64,000 nucleotides of DNA from Clostridia bacterium (GCA_045658005.1 JAZOUD010000143.1:1130-65129), one strand, 5' to 3'. Shown: positions 29,251 through 39,374, counted from the stretch's first letter. Made by a program: numbers and translations. Notes: a model not told the origin generated them from the letters alone.

Positions 29251-31308
29251 ATGAATCAACCTTATAACGAACAGGACATGCTTTTCTCTTCCATCTTCAG
29301 CGACGGCACCGGGCTGTTCAGGCAGCCCCCGGAGCCTGAGCCGGGCGATTATGTCGCCGTTCGCATGCGCATTCAAAAGGGCGCGGATGTGACCGTCACG
29401 CTGCTCAGGGGCTTTCCCACGGTCATGGGGCATATGTCCAAATACGACAGCGACGATGCCTTTGACTGGTATGAAGCCAAGATCTATTGCCGCGAGGCGC
29501 CGGTGTTCTATTCCTTTCTGATCAAGTGGGGAGACAGGACCATCCATTATGATCGGCTGGGTCCGCGCTGGGTGGACGGCGTGCCCTCATCGGTTCCGAC
29601 GGGGGCCTTCCAGGTGATTCCCGGCTTCCACGTGCCCCAGTGGGCCAGGGGGGCGCTCCAATACCAGATCCTGCCGGACCGCTTCAGGAAGGGCAATCCT
29701 GACAGCGACGTGCTCGACCGGGAATACTGGTATGCGCGCAATTACATACGCCACGCCCGCTCCTGGGACGCCATGCCCGAAGCGGACGACTACCGCTGTC
29801 ACTACGGCGGCGACCTCGTTGGCGTCCTGGAAAAGCTGGATTATCTACAGTCCCTCGGCGTGGAGGTCATATACCTTAACCCCATATTCGTCTCCCCGTC
29901 GCCCCACAAGTACGATACGCAGGATTACGACTATGTCGATCCGCACCTGACCGTCATACCCCAGGATGAGGGGGAGGCGCTGGCCCCGGGTGACGCCGAC
30001 AATGCCCGCGCGACGCGCTACAGGAACCGCACCACCAATCGGGTCAACCTGGAGGCCAGCAACGCCTGGTTCGCGAATTTTTGCCAGGAGGTCCACCGGC
30101 GGGGCATGCGGATCATACTGGACGGCGTGTTCAATCACTGCGGCTCCTTCGCGCGCTGGATGAATCGGGAGGGCGTATATGGCAAATCCGTGGGCGCCTT
30201 CAAGGACTCGAAGAGTCCCTATCGGGGATATTTCAACTTCCGGGACGCCAAGGATTACCACTGCTGGTGGGACATCGAGACGCTGCCCAAGCTCTACTAT
30301 GAGCAATCCAACCAGCTCTGCGAGGAGATCTTCCGCGTGGCTGAGAAGTGGGTCTCGCCGCCCTACAGCGTGGACGGTTGGCGGTTGGACGTCGCCGCCG
30401 ACCTGGGCCAGACGCCGGAGTTCAACCACCTGTTCTGGAAGGCGTTCCGCCGCAGGGTGAAGGCCGTGAACCCCGATGTGCTGATCATCGCGGAGCACTA
30501 TGGCAATCCGGCACCGTGGCTTTGCGGCGACGAGTGGGATACCGTGATGAACTACGACGCCTTCATGGACCCGCTGTCCTACTTCCTGACCGGCGTGGAG
30601 AAGCATTCCGAATCCCGCCGGGACGACCTCTACCAGAACGGCATGGCGTTTTTCGGCACCATCTTCGAGGCCATGTCCCACATGCCAACCGCCTCGGTCT
30701 ACTGCGCCATGGACGAGCTGGACAACCACGACCACAGCCGATTCATGACGCGCACCAACGGCCGCGTCGGACGGCTGCACACCGTGGGCGCCAGGGCCGC
30801 CGACGAGGACATACACCCCGAGGTGTTCCGGGAGGCGGTGGTCATACAGATGACCTGGCCCGGCGCGCCGACGATCTACTATGGCGACGAGACGGGGCTC
30901 ACAGGCTGGACGGACCCGGACAACCGCAGGACCTACCCCTGGGGACATGAGGACGCGTCGCTGATCGCGTTCTTCAGGGCGCTGGCAAAGCTCCGGGAGG
31001 ATCTGCCGGCGCTGCGCGACGGCAGTGTAAAGCCCCTGTGCGCGGGCTACGGCTATATCGCCTATGCCCGGTTTGACGCCGAAAACACGGTGATCGTGGC
31101 CTGCAACAACTCCGAACGGCCCATGCCCCTCGACCTTCCCCTCCGGGATCTGGGCATCGCCGACGATACCCCCCTGCTGGCCCGGCTGTCCACCACCGAA
31201 GACGGCTACGACACGCAGAGTACCTTGGCGGGCACTGTGGCCGGGGGGATACTTCGCTTCGCCTTGCCCGCGCACAGCGCCTCGATACTCACGCCGAAAA
31301 AAGCGTGA
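29251..31308 (+). CDS. GH13 alpha-amylase-family glycosidase (neopullulanase/cyclomaltodextrinase-like)
   Basis: The ATG at 29251 follows RBS GGAGGA. Conserved GH13 regions are DGVFNH, GWRLDVA, IIAEHY and LDNHD. Confidence 0.85.
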   Translation: MNQPYNEQDMLFSSIFSDGTGLFRQPPEPEPGDYVAVRMRIQKGADVTVTLLRGFPTVMGHMSKYDSDDAFDWYEAKIYCREAPVFYSFLIKWGDRTIHYDRLGPRWVDGVPSSVPTGAFQVIPGFHVPQWARGALQYQILPDRFRKGNPDSDVLDREYWYARNYIRHARSWDAMPEADDYRCHYGGDLVGVLEKLDYLQSLGVEVIYLNPIFVSPSPHKYDTQDYDYVDPHLTVIPQDEGEALAPGDADNARATRYRNRTTNRVNLEASNAWFANFCQEVHRRGMRIILDGVFNHCGSFARWMNREGVYGKSVGAFKDSKSPYRGYFNFRDAKDYHCWWDIETLPKLYYEQSNQLCEEIFRVAEKWVSPPYSVDGWRLDVAADLGQTPEFNHLFWKAFRRRVKAVNPDVLIIAEHYGNPAPWLCGDEWDTVMNYDAFMDPLSYFLTGVEKHSESRRDDLYQNGMAFFGTIFEAMSHMPTASVYCAMDELDNHDHSRFMTRTNGRVGRLHTVGARAADEDIHPEVFREAVVIQMTWPGAPTIYYGDETGLTGWTDPDNRRTYPWGHEDASLIAFFRALAKLREDLPALRDGSVKPLCAGYGYIAYARFDAENTVIVACNNSERPMPLDLPLRDLGIADDTPLLARLSTTEDGYDTQSTLAGTVAGGILRFALPAHSASILTPKKA

Positions 31309-31323
31309 CGGGAACAGGGAAGC

Positions 31324-31359
31324 CAATCGCCTTCCGCATGGATTCGCGGAAGGCGATTG
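31324..31359 (+). terminator. Terminator hairpin after the GH13 gene
   Basis: A perfect 14-bp stem, CAATCGCCTTCCGC / GCGGAAGGCGATTG, is present. The T-tract is weak. Confidence 0.55.
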
Positions 31360-31514
31360 TGATTTAAGCCATCCTTCACAGCCTGCACATGCAACGGGCA
31401 ACAGAAATGTTAATTTTGGCGAAAATACTAATTTTCCAGAGATTGTCAACTCAATTGTGATATAAAGAAAAGGGTATTTCATTCCATCATCATCATAGAA
31501 ACGGAGAGATCAAC

Positions 31515-32489
31515 GTGAGAAGAGCATTGACGGTCATATTGGCCCTTCTGCTGGCCTTTTCATTCGGCGCGCATGCGGAGACGGTAGCGCCGGCCGAAAC
31601 GGAAGCGCCGGCTGAAACGGAAGCGCAAGACGAAACGGAAGCGCCGACCTATGACGGCAACCTCATCATCGAGGACGGGTTGCCCCAGCCGATGCTGAAC
31701 ATGGTCGAATTTAACGATCCCTATGTCAACGATAAGGACAACGGCATACTGCGCTTCTGCGTGTACGTTGAAACCGACAACGACACCGACAACGACGGCA
31801 AGGCCGACCTGGTGAAGGCGCTGGTGGAAATTCCCCGTTCGGCGGCGGAGGGCGTCTACAAGGCGGCGGCGATTTATGATCCCACCCCTTATGCTGCAGG
31901 CACCTACTCGGACAAGGATGCTCACAGGTCCTACACCTCGCTCTACGTGGAGGAGCCCTTCAACTACGACGACCTGTACCGGGAATGCGAAAAGCGCACG
32001 CCGGAGGGGGAACTCACCACGCTGGAGCACGCGGAGACCGCCGATCCCGCTGAATGGATCTATACCGTGCCCATCTCCGGCGCACGGAGCTATCCATGGG
32101 CCTCTGGATACGACTACTACCTGGTGCGGGGATACGCCATTGTCATGGCCTGCGGCATCGGCACCTACGGCTCCGAAGGCTTTGAGCTTTGCGGCACCCA
32201 CCTGGAGCGGGACAGCCACAGTGCCGTGGTGGAATGGCTGACCGGCGACCGGGTGGCCTATGTCGACAAGACCAGCAACATCACCATCAAGGCCGACTGG
32301 TGCAACGGCAAGGTGGCCATGACCGGCGTCTCCTACGGCGGCACCCTGCCCTTCTCGGTGGCCACCACCGGCGTCAAGGGCCTGGAGACCATTGTCCCCA
32401 TCGCGGGCATCGCCAGCTGGTACGACTATACCAACAGCTTTACCGTGGACAATGCGGCGATCCGGGTCATGATGCCCGTAAAACCGTAA
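31515..32489 (+). pseudogene. 3'-truncated X-Pro dipeptidyl-peptidase (S15, PepX/CocE-NonD-like) with signal peptide
   Basis: The signal peptide and ETEAPA repeats are followed by PepX-like sequence up to the nucleophile elbow, MTGVSYGG...IAGIASWYDY. The ORF stops about 12 codons later, so the Asp/His half of the triad is absent. Confidence 0.6.
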
Positions 32490-32524
32490 AAAAAGCCGAT
32501 GGCGAATAAAGAAGGAGGGATTAT

Positions 32525-33420
32525 TTGTCCAATCACCGTCAATCGACGAGAATCAGGATACTGGTGCCTCTGTTCATCGGCTTTCTTGTGATGACCCTGG
32601 CCTTCATAACCATCAGCTATGTCGAATTCAGGGCCTATACGATCGATGATTGCGTCAATTACGCCTATGGCCTGAACAGCCTGATCGCGGATGACCTTGA
32701 CATCGACCACATCAACGACTATATCGAAAAGGGCCGCGCCCATCCGGACTATGAAGCCATCGAGCAGCATCTCTACAAGCTGCGCGACGCCTATCCGGAC
32801 ATCGTGTTCCTCTACGTTTACCAGATCCGGGCATACTGTTCTTCCTGTTCGTCATCATCGTCATCGTCGTCGTCAGCGTGCTGGCGACGGACAAGGGCAT
32901 CGTCAAGCCGATGTGTCGGCTGGAGCGCCGGGCCTACCGGGATACGCTCACGGGGCTTCAGAACAGGACCGCCTACTATGAGTACAACCAGACCCTGGAC
33001 AAGCGCATTGCGGATGGTACGGCGGATTTCTCCATCCTCATGGTGGATGTCAATTTCCTCAAACGCATGAACGACACGCACGGCCATGAAAAGGGCAACG
33101 AATACTTGAAGAACGCGGCAGAGCTGATTTCACGGGTCTTTGGGGAAGAAATGACCTATCGAACCGGCGGCGATAAATTCGTGGTGATCGCGGATGGCGA
33201 GGCGCAGCAGAGGACGGGGGAACAGATTCGCCGTTTCAAGGCGGAAATGGCGGCGCTCCAGGACACGGACGGCCTCCAGCCCTGGCAGAAGATCTCCGCG
33301 GCCGTCGGCATTGCGGCCTATGACCGCAGCGTCGACACATGCACGGAGGACGTGCTCAAGCGCGCCGACGCCGCCATGTATCAGGACAAGGTGGCCATGA
33401 AGGCCCAGAGAAGGGACTGA
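32525..33420 (+). pseudogene. Membrane GGDEF-domain protein with a collapsed sensor domain, a frameshift near 32825, and a degenerate GGDKF motif
   Basis: ORF 32525.. carries TM1 and the start of an extracytoplasmic domain (...DIVFLYVYQIR). The GGDEF frame (32878..) is open upstream and reads ILFFLFVIIVIVVVSVLATDKG, which is TM2. The two parts are in different frames. Confidence 0.6.
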
Positions 33421-33423
33421 CGG

Positions 33424-34353
33424 TCAGATGAACATCGAGGTCTGCCCGTCGATCCAGGAGGCCTGGGGCACGTCGTGGATCCGGTCTCCCTCCATGTAGT
33501 TCCCGATCAGGAAGGGCGATTCGGGGTCGTGCAGCCGGCTCTGCGCCAGCACGACCCCGGGCTCGGCGTTGGCGTAGCAGTACCTGCACAGATGCCGGCA
33601 GGTGTTGTAGGCGCCGATATCGCATGCGAGGTAGCACGCGCATTCCGCGCGTGCGCCTTTTCTTTTGGGCGCGTTGAGGCGCTTGTCGATGGCGCGTTCA
33701 TAGTCGCTTATGCGCATGCAGCCGCCGCAGTCCGCGCCGTAGGCGGCGAGGGCGTCGCCTTCGGCGCAGGGCTTTACCGTCATGCCCCGCACGCCCGCCA
33801 TCTCAACGATGGCCTTGCCCAGCGCCAACCGCTGCGCCTTGGGCACCTCCCGCGCTTCGGGAAAGTTGCGCCTCACCTTCGGGTAGAGATCGATGAAGCT
33901 GATCACGACGGTGCGCGTGCAGCCCTCCAGCGCGCGCGCCATCTTCTCAAAGGCGCGAAGGTGATAGTCCACGGTATAGCGCTCCGACAACAGGATCGGG
34001 TCGTAGCGCCAGCCGATGGAATGGATGCCGACCAGGTCTGAAAGCCGCTTGAAATCGTCGAGGAGGCGGTGCTTGTCCGGCACGTTGGGCTCGATATCCC
34101 TGCCGTAGGGCGTCAGCGTGACGAACCAGTACTGGCCGTATGGGCGCAGCAAGGGCATGTGGGGAAACATCGGTGCGGGATTCTTCGTACAAAAGCCGAT
34201 CACGTCCACCACCGAAGGGTCGAGGCGATAGCGGCTGACCTGTTGCGGGTCATAGGGGTTGCGCACGCAGACAAAGCCGGCCCTCAGGCGGTTGGCAAAC
34301 CATTCGGAATAGAAGGCGGGAATGTCTGTGCGCTGTCCCGTATTGATGATCAT
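33424..34353 (-). CDS. DUF1848-family protein (Cys-rich, SplB/radical-SAM-related fold)
   Basis: The start at 34353 gives MIINTGQRTDIPAFYSEWFANRL..., the typical DUF1848 N-terminus. A C-terminal Cys cluster is present. Confidence 0.65.
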   Translation of the reverse strand: MIINTGQRTDIPAFYSEWFANRLRAGFVCVRNPYDPQQVSRYRLDPSVVDVIGFCTKNPAPMFPHMPLLRPYGQYWFVTLTPYGRDIEPNVPDKHRLLDDFKRLSDLVGIHSIGWRYDPILLSERYTVDYHLRAFEKMARALEGCTRTVVISFIDLYPKVRRNFPEAREVPKAQRLALGKAIVEMAGVRGMTVKPCAEGDALAAYGADCGGCMRISDYERAIDKRLNAPKRKGARAECACYLACDIGAYNTCRHLCRYCYANAEPGVVLAQSRLHDPESPFLIGNYMEGDRIHDVPQASWIDGQTSMFI

Positions 34354-34520
34354 GGGATACCTCTTTTGATAAATGGTGATTTGTCGGCAATCTGATTTCG
34401 ACATCGGCTGTTGATATTCCTGCATATTATTCGGGCGCTTCAATAGTTACAGCTCGGGGTGTCGAATCTGAGTGGTAACGTGCAAATAACATCATTGCTT
34501 GTAGTTAACTAACTTATCAC

Positions 34521-34549
34521 TTGACAGAGTTACTAATATGTGTTAACAT
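34521..34549 (+). promoter_or_regulatory. Candidate promoter for the riboswitch leader (TTGACA, 17 nt, TGtTAACAT)
   Basis: The -35 hexamer is at 34521-34526 and the extended -10 at 34541-34549, about 25 nt upstream of the riboswitch P1 helix. Confidence 0.4.
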
Positions 34550-34574
34550 AATATTGTCACAATTGCATAGATGT

Positions 34575-34733
34575 CACAGGTGACCTTTCCCAGGAAGGGC
34601 TGAAAAAGGAAGCGGGTGAGAATCCCGCGCGGGGCCGCCGCTGTATTTGGAGAGCAGAAGCCAACAGGTCACTGGTCGAACGACCGGGAAGACGGCGGAT
34701 GCGATGACCCATGAGCCAGAAGACTTGCCTGTG
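34575..34733 (+). promoter_or_regulatory. Cobalamin (B12) riboswitch aptamer
   Basis: Conserved elements: P1 CACAGG/CCTGTG (34575-80/34728-33), GGGTGAGAATCCC (34614-26) and GCCGCTGTA (34637-45). The B12-box-like GTCACTGG...GGGAAGAC lies at 34668-93 and AGCCAGAAGACTTGCC at 34714-29. Confidence 0.85.
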
Positions 34734-34798
34734 CCTGATTTAACATTCGCTTCACGGATCTCTGAAGCCCGGATGGTTTTATTTTGGCTGCAATAAAA

Positions 34799-34836
34799 CG
34801 GTCTGCTGCCGCATGTCGCGGGGGCGGGCCGTTTTT
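34799..34836 (+). terminator. Riboswitch expression-platform terminator
   Basis: A GC-rich 9-bp stem with G-U wobbles (34799-34807 / 34823-34831) is followed by TTTTT (34832-36), 30 nt before the first CDS. Confidence 0.55.
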
Positions 34837-34866
34837 CATATATCTCAGATAATAAGAAGGTGTCCT

Positions 34867-35880
34867 ATGGAAACCTGGCGGATATTCGGCGAGGCGCTTG
34901 AACCGGGAGAGAAAAAGCGGCTTTCGCTGCGCGTACCGATGGGTGGGCTGTCCAACGTGGGCCGGACATTTCCCGATGCGCGCAAGAGCGAGGACTATGA
35001 AATGCCCGCGATACTCGTCAACGGCGCAAAACCGGGAAAGACCCTGCTGGTCACGGCGGGCATCCACAGCGGCGAATACAATGGCATCCCTGCGACCATC
35101 CGCGTCGCCCGGGAGTTGGACCCTGAGCGCATGTCCGGCCGGGTCATCCTGATCCCCTGCGTCAATTCCAGCGGATTTTGGACGATGCATCCCCGCACGC
35201 TGCCCGAGGACGACTTCAACCTGAACAGCCAGTATCCCGGGCGCCCGGACGGCACCGTCGGCGAACGTCTGGCCGACTTCTTCGTGCGCGAGATCTTTCC
35301 GCAGGTCGATTTCATACTGGACTTCCACGGCGGAAGCCGGGGGGAGCGCATGACGCCGCTGGCGTTTTTTCCAACCCACGCAAAGGTTCGGGAGGCGGCG
35401 CTGGCCGCAGCCATGGCCATGAACATCGGCTTCCTCATAGAATCCCAGGCGACGAAGGGCGAATACAGCTACGCGGCGGCCGGCCTGGGCATACCGGGGC
35501 TGCTGGTCGAGCGGGGAGAGGGCTATTTCTGCGACCCGGAATGGGTCGGGGACGATCGGCGCGACCTGCTGTTGCTGCTGGATCACCTGGGCATCTGCCC
35601 CGCGCCGGCAGGCACGCGGGATGCTGCCCTGAAGCGCAGGGTGTTCCGGGAAGCCGTCTACCTGGAAGCGGTGCGGGAGGGCGTATGGCATCCCGCGGTA
35701 CAGAAGGATCAGCCCATACAGAAGGGACAGTGCCTGGGCACGCTCGAGGACCTGTTCGGCGACGTGCTGGAAACGGTATACGCCGAACACGACGGCCATG
35801 TGCTGTACCTGAACTGCGGGCTGGCCATGCCGAAGGGGGAGCTGCTGGTGGCCTACGCCGTGGCGGCGTCGGAGGCATAG
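34867..35880 (+). CDS. Succinylglutamate desuccinylase/aspartoacylase (AstE/AspA, MpaA-like zinc deacylase) family protein
   Basis: The ATG at 34867 follows RBS AAGAAGGTG. GIHSGEYNG is the zinc-binding His/Glu motif, and FHGG occurs later. Length is 337 aa. Confidence 0.7.
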   Translation: METWRIFGEALEPGEKKRLSLRVPMGGLSNVGRTFPDARKSEDYEMPAILVNGAKPGKTLLVTAGIHSGEYNGIPATIRVARELDPERMSGRVILIPCVNSSGFWTMHPRTLPEDDFNLNSQYPGRPDGTVGERLADFFVREIFPQVDFILDFHGGSRGERMTPLAFFPTHAKVREAALAAAMAMNIGFLIESQATKGEYSYAAAGLGIPGLLVERGEGYFCDPEWVGDDRRDLLLLLDHLGICPAPAGTRDAALKRRVFREAVYLEAVREGVWHPAVQKDQPIQKGQCLGTLEDLFGDVLETVYAEHDGHVLYLNCGLAMPKGELLVAYAVAASEA

Positions 35881-35948
35881 CCGTTTACTGTCGTTTATGC
35901 TGCGCGCAAGCGCCATAATATACATACACACGAGAGGAGAAAAACACC

Positions 35949-37508
35949 ATGAAAAAGAGAATGACGGCCCTGCTCGTCACCCTGATGCTGGTCATGACGA
36001 TGTTCGCGGCCAGCCCCGCCTACGCCGAGGAGAAGGTGCTGACCTTCGGCTGCCAGATGTATTCCGACGGCCTGGTCAATCCCGCGTCCCAGATCAACTG
36101 CGCCTGGAACTGCATGCGCTACGGCATCAGCGAATCGCTGTTCAAGTTCAACGACAACATGGAGATCGAGCCCTGGCTGGCCGAGAGCTACGAGGTCAAC
36201 GAGGATTCCACCGTCTGGACCATCAAGCTGCGCGAGGGCGTCAAGTTCTCCAACGGCACCGATATGACCGCCTCCAAGGTCAAGGAGTCCCTGGATTCCG
36301 TGCGCGAGCAGGGCCCCAACGGCAGCTCGACCCCCGAGAAATACCTGGCCTTCGAGGCCACCGTGGAGGCCGACGACGCGGCCAACACCATCACCATCAC
36401 CCTGCCCAAGCCGGATTACAACCTGCTGGGCAACCTGGCCTATCCCGTGATGGCCATCATCAACGTGGCCGAGACCACCGACTTCGACCACGAGGTCATC
36501 GGCACCGGCCCCTACATGGTGCAGGACCACGCCGACCTGGTGGGCTACACCATGGTCAAGAACCCCAACTACTGGGGCGGCGAGGTGCCCTATGACAAGG
36601 TGGAGATCATCTTCATGGGCGACGCCTCCGCGAAGGCCAACGCGCTGATGGCCGGCCAGGTGGACCTGGTCGAGAACATCACCAACGTCGCCGACCTGCA
36701 GCGCCTGCAGGACGACGCCAACTACACCGTGGACATCGCCTCCGGCGTGCGCTGCGGCTTCAGCTGGATCAACTTCAAGGGCGTCCTGGCCAACGACGCG
36801 CTGCGCAAGGCCATCGTGATGGCCATCGACAACGACACCATCTGCACCTCCAACACCATCGGCGGCCTTTACACCGCAGGCTTCTCCGTGCTGCCCAGCA
36901 CCCTGGCCTACGGCTACGAGAACCTGGAGAATCCCTACGCCTACGATCCCGACGCCGCGGCGGCCATGCTGGACGAAGCCGGCATCGTGGACAGCGACGG
37001 CGACGGCATCCGCGAGCTGGACGGCCAGCCCATCATGCTGCGCTATTCCTCCTATGAGAACCGCCTGCTGAACGACTTCTCCGACGCCCACACCATGTAC
37101 CTGGCCGAGCTGGGCATCGGCATCAACCCCGCCTACGGCTCCTCCGACGACTGCTGGAACGACCTGGTATCCTTCAACTACGACTTCGACAACAACAACT
37201 GGACCACCGTAGGCAACGGCGATCCCACCGAATACATGGCCAACTGGTACGGAAAGAGCAAGAGCAACTATTGCGGCTACCAGAACGACGCGTATGACGC
37301 GCTCTATGAGAAGTTCCTGGAGACCGCCGACGCCGCCGAGCGCGCCAGCCTGCTGCAGCAGATGCAGCAGATCCTGGTCAACGACGCCGTCGTGATCGTG
37401 GACGGCTACTACAACAGCTCCATGGCCTATTCCAAGAACGTGGGCTATGCGCACATCCACACCGCCGACTACTACTGGCTGACCACCGAGATCGTGCCTG
37501 CGGCATGA
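35949..37508 (+). CDS. ABC transporter substrate-binding protein, family 5 (peptide/nickel, Opp/Nik type)
   Basis: A signal peptide is present and the protein is 519 aa. Typical SBP5 segments are WTIKLREGVKFSNG and ITLPKPDYNLL. Confidence 0.8.
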   Translation: MKKRMTALLVTLMLVMTMFAASPAYAEEKVLTFGCQMYSDGLVNPASQINCAWNCMRYGISESLFKFNDNMEIEPWLAESYEVNEDSTVWTIKLREGVKFSNGTDMTASKVKESLDSVREQGPNGSSTPEKYLAFEATVEADDAANTITITLPKPDYNLLGNLAYPVMAIINVAETTDFDHEVIGTGPYMVQDHADLVGYTMVKNPNYWGGEVPYDKVEIIFMGDASAKANALMAGQVDLVENITNVADLQRLQDDANYTVDIASGVRCGFSWINFKGVLANDALRKAIVMAIDNDTICTSNTIGGLYTAGFSVLPSTLAYGYENLENPYAYDPDAAAAMLDEAGIVDSDGDGIRELDGQPIMLRYSSYENRLLNDFSDAHTMYLAELGIGINPAYGSSDDCWNDLVSFNYDFDNNNWTTVGNGDPTEYMANWYGKSKSNYCGYQNDAYDALYEKFLETADAAERASLLQQMQQILVNDAVVIVDGYYNSSMAYSKNVGYAHIHTADYYWLTTEIVPAA

Positions 37509-37525
37509 TTTCGGCCTGAACCGGC

Positions 37526-37559
37526 GGAAAGGACACCGTCTGAGGACAGTGTCCTTTCC
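37526..37559 (+). other. Intercistronic stem-loop after the SBP gene (attenuator or mRNA stabiliser)
   Basis: A perfect 11-bp stem, GGAAAGGACAC / GTGTCCTTTCC, has no T-tract. This is a common arrangement downstream of ABC binding-protein genes. Confidence 0.45.
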
Positions 37560-37570
37560 GCGTACCACTT

Positions 37571-38527
37571 ATGAGAGGGGCGATGGGCTTGGGTAAGAAG
37601 CAGATATTATCCAGGCTGCTGCAGATGCTGATCGTGCTGATCGGCATCAGCATCGTGACGTTTTTGCTGACCTACATTTCCCCGGGCGACCCGGTGCGCC
37701 ACATGTACCTGGCGCAGGGCCTTATGCCCGACGAGGAGCAGGTGGCCATACAGCGCGAGGCGATGGGCCTGAACGATCCCTTCCTGACCCAGTACTTCCG
37801 CTGGCTGGGGAACTGCCTGAAGGGCGATTTCGGCACATCCTTCCTGCTGGGCAAGCCGGTGGTGCAGCTGCTGGCCTCCCGGCTGTGGCCGACGCTGAAG
37901 CTGACACTGATGAGCATGGTGCTGATGGTGATCGTGGCGGTACCTCTCGGCGTGCTGTCTGCCGTCTACCACGACAAGCCCATCGACTATATCGTCCGGG
38001 CGATCACCTTCTTCGGCGTATCCATCCCCAACTTCTGGGTGGGCCTGTTGCTGATCCTGGTGTTCTGCGTACAGATGCGGCTGCTTCCCGTGGTCTCCTC
38101 CGGCGGCAGCTTCAAGGATATGATACTGCCCTCGGTGACGCTGGCCGTCGCGATGTCCGCCAAGTACACCCGGCAGGTGCGCACCGCGGTGCTGGAGGAG
38201 CTGCATTCGGATTACGTCATTGGCGCCCGGGCCCGCGGCGTGGCGGAGTGGAAGATCCTCTGGGGCAATGTGTTCCCCAATTCATTGCTGCCCCTGATTA
38301 CGATGCTGGGCCTGTCCATCGGCTCGCTGCTGGGCGGCACCAGCGTGGTGGAGGTCATCTTCTCCTATCCCGGCATGGGCAACCTGGCCGTCACGGCCAT
38401 CAGCTCCTGTGACTACTACCTGATCCAGGCCTACGTGCTGTGGGTGGCGGTCATCTATATGCTGATCAATCTGCTGGTGGACATCTCCTACAACTACGTG
38501 GACCCGCGCATGCGGTTAAGGCGGTGA
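37571..38527 (+). CDS. Opp/Nik-type ABC permease (OppB/NikB-like)
   Basis: The N-terminus LLQMLIVLIGISIVTFLLTYISPGDP is typical of the family. The alternative start at 37583 has better RBS spacing. Confidence 0.85.
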   Translation: MRGAMGLGKKQILSRLLQMLIVLIGISIVTFLLTYISPGDPVRHMYLAQGLMPDEEQVAIQREAMGLNDPFLTQYFRWLGNCLKGDFGTSFLLGKPVVQLLASRLWPTLKLTLMSMVLMVIVAVPLGVLSAVYHDKPIDYIVRAITFFGVSIPNFWVGLLLILVFCVQMRLLPVVSSGGSFKDMILPSVTLAVAMSAKYTRQVRTAVLEELHSDYVIGARARGVAEWKILWGNVFPNSLLPLITMLGLSIGSLLGGTSVVEVIFSYPGMGNLAVTAISSCDYYLIQAYVLWVAVIYMLINLLVDISYNYVDPRMRLRR

Positions 38528-38531
38528 TGGC

Positions 38532-39368
38532 ATGGAAAAGAAGAGCTTTGCAAGAAGGTATCCTTCCTTCGTCATCTTTGCCGTATTGGCGGTGCTGCTG
38601 GTATTGGTGGCAGTGTTCGCGCCCCAGCTCAGCCGCGGCGTGAACCCGATCAAGGGCAGCCTGAAGGAATCCATCATGCCGCCCAGCGCTGAGCATCCCT
38701 TTGGCACCGACAAGATGGGCCGCGACATCTTTGTGCGCGTGCTCTACGGCGCGCGAACGTCGCTGTCCTCCACGTTCATACTGGTGGCCGTGGTGTTCGT
38801 GATCGGCTCCTTCCTGGGCATACTGGCAGGTTACTTCGGCGGCTGGGTGGACGCGGTGATCATGCGCGTGGCCGACATGATGATCGCCTTCCCGGGCCTG
38901 GTGCTGGCCATCGCAGTGGCGGGCATACTGGGGGCCAGCACGCGAAACGCCATCATCGCCATCGCGGTGGTGACCTGGCCAAAGTACGCGCGCCTCGCCC
39001 GAAGCCTCGTCATGAAGATCCGCAACACCGACTTCGTGGCGGCAGCCACGGTCACGGGCTCGAGCACGCCCTACATGCTGTGGAAGTACATGCTGCCCAA
39101 CACCATCACCACGCTGGTCATCACCGCCGCCACCGACATCGGCGGCATGATGATGGAACTGGCGGCGCTTTCCTTCCTGGGCTTCGGCGCCCAGCCCCCG
39201 ATCCCGGAGTGGGGCTCCATGCTGAACGAAGGGCGCAACTTCATGCAGTCCGCGCCCTGGCTGATGATCTATCCGGGCCTGGCCATATTCGTCACCGTGG
39301 TCGTATTCAACATGCTGGGCGACGGCCTGAGGGATATCCTCGACCCCAGGTCCGGCGAGGGGAGGTGA
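38532..39368 (+). CDS. Opp/Nik-type ABC permease (OppC/NikC-like)
   Basis: HPFGTDKMGRDIF is the typical OppC N-terminal motif, and the BPD transport domain follows. Confidence 0.85.
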   Translation: MEKKSFARRYPSFVIFAVLAVLLVLVAVFAPQLSRGVNPIKGSLKESIMPPSAEHPFGTDKMGRDIFVRVLYGARTSLSSTFILVAVVFVIGSFLGILAGYFGGWVDAVIMRVADMMIAFPGLVLAIAVAGILGASTRNAIIAIAVVTWPKYARLARSLVMKIRNTDFVAAATVTGSSTPYMLWKYMLPNTITTLVITAATDIGGMMMELAALSFLGFGAQPPIPEWGSMLNEGRNFMQSAPWLMIYPGLAIFVTVVVFNMLGDGLRDILDPRSGEGR

Positions 39369-39374
39369 CCGCCC

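Noticed and set aside
31560-31640. Short tandem DNA repeats considered as candidate CRISPR or satellite sequence: GAAACGGAAGCGCC units here, GTC/ATC triplets at 32841-32880, and GACGAGGAAGCC units at 8925-8955
   Set aside because: All are in frame within coding sequence. They encode low-complexity peptide segments: an ETEAPA linker, a Val/Ile TM helix and an acidic DEEA insert. There is no repeat-spacer architecture.
34441-34560. Repeated TAGTTAC / GTTAAC-like words and small palindromes in the divergent DUF1848-riboswitch intergenic region, considered as an operator array
   Set aside because: The words are 6-8 nt long in AT-rich DNA with inconsistent spacing, so they cannot be told apart from promoter-region composition by eye.
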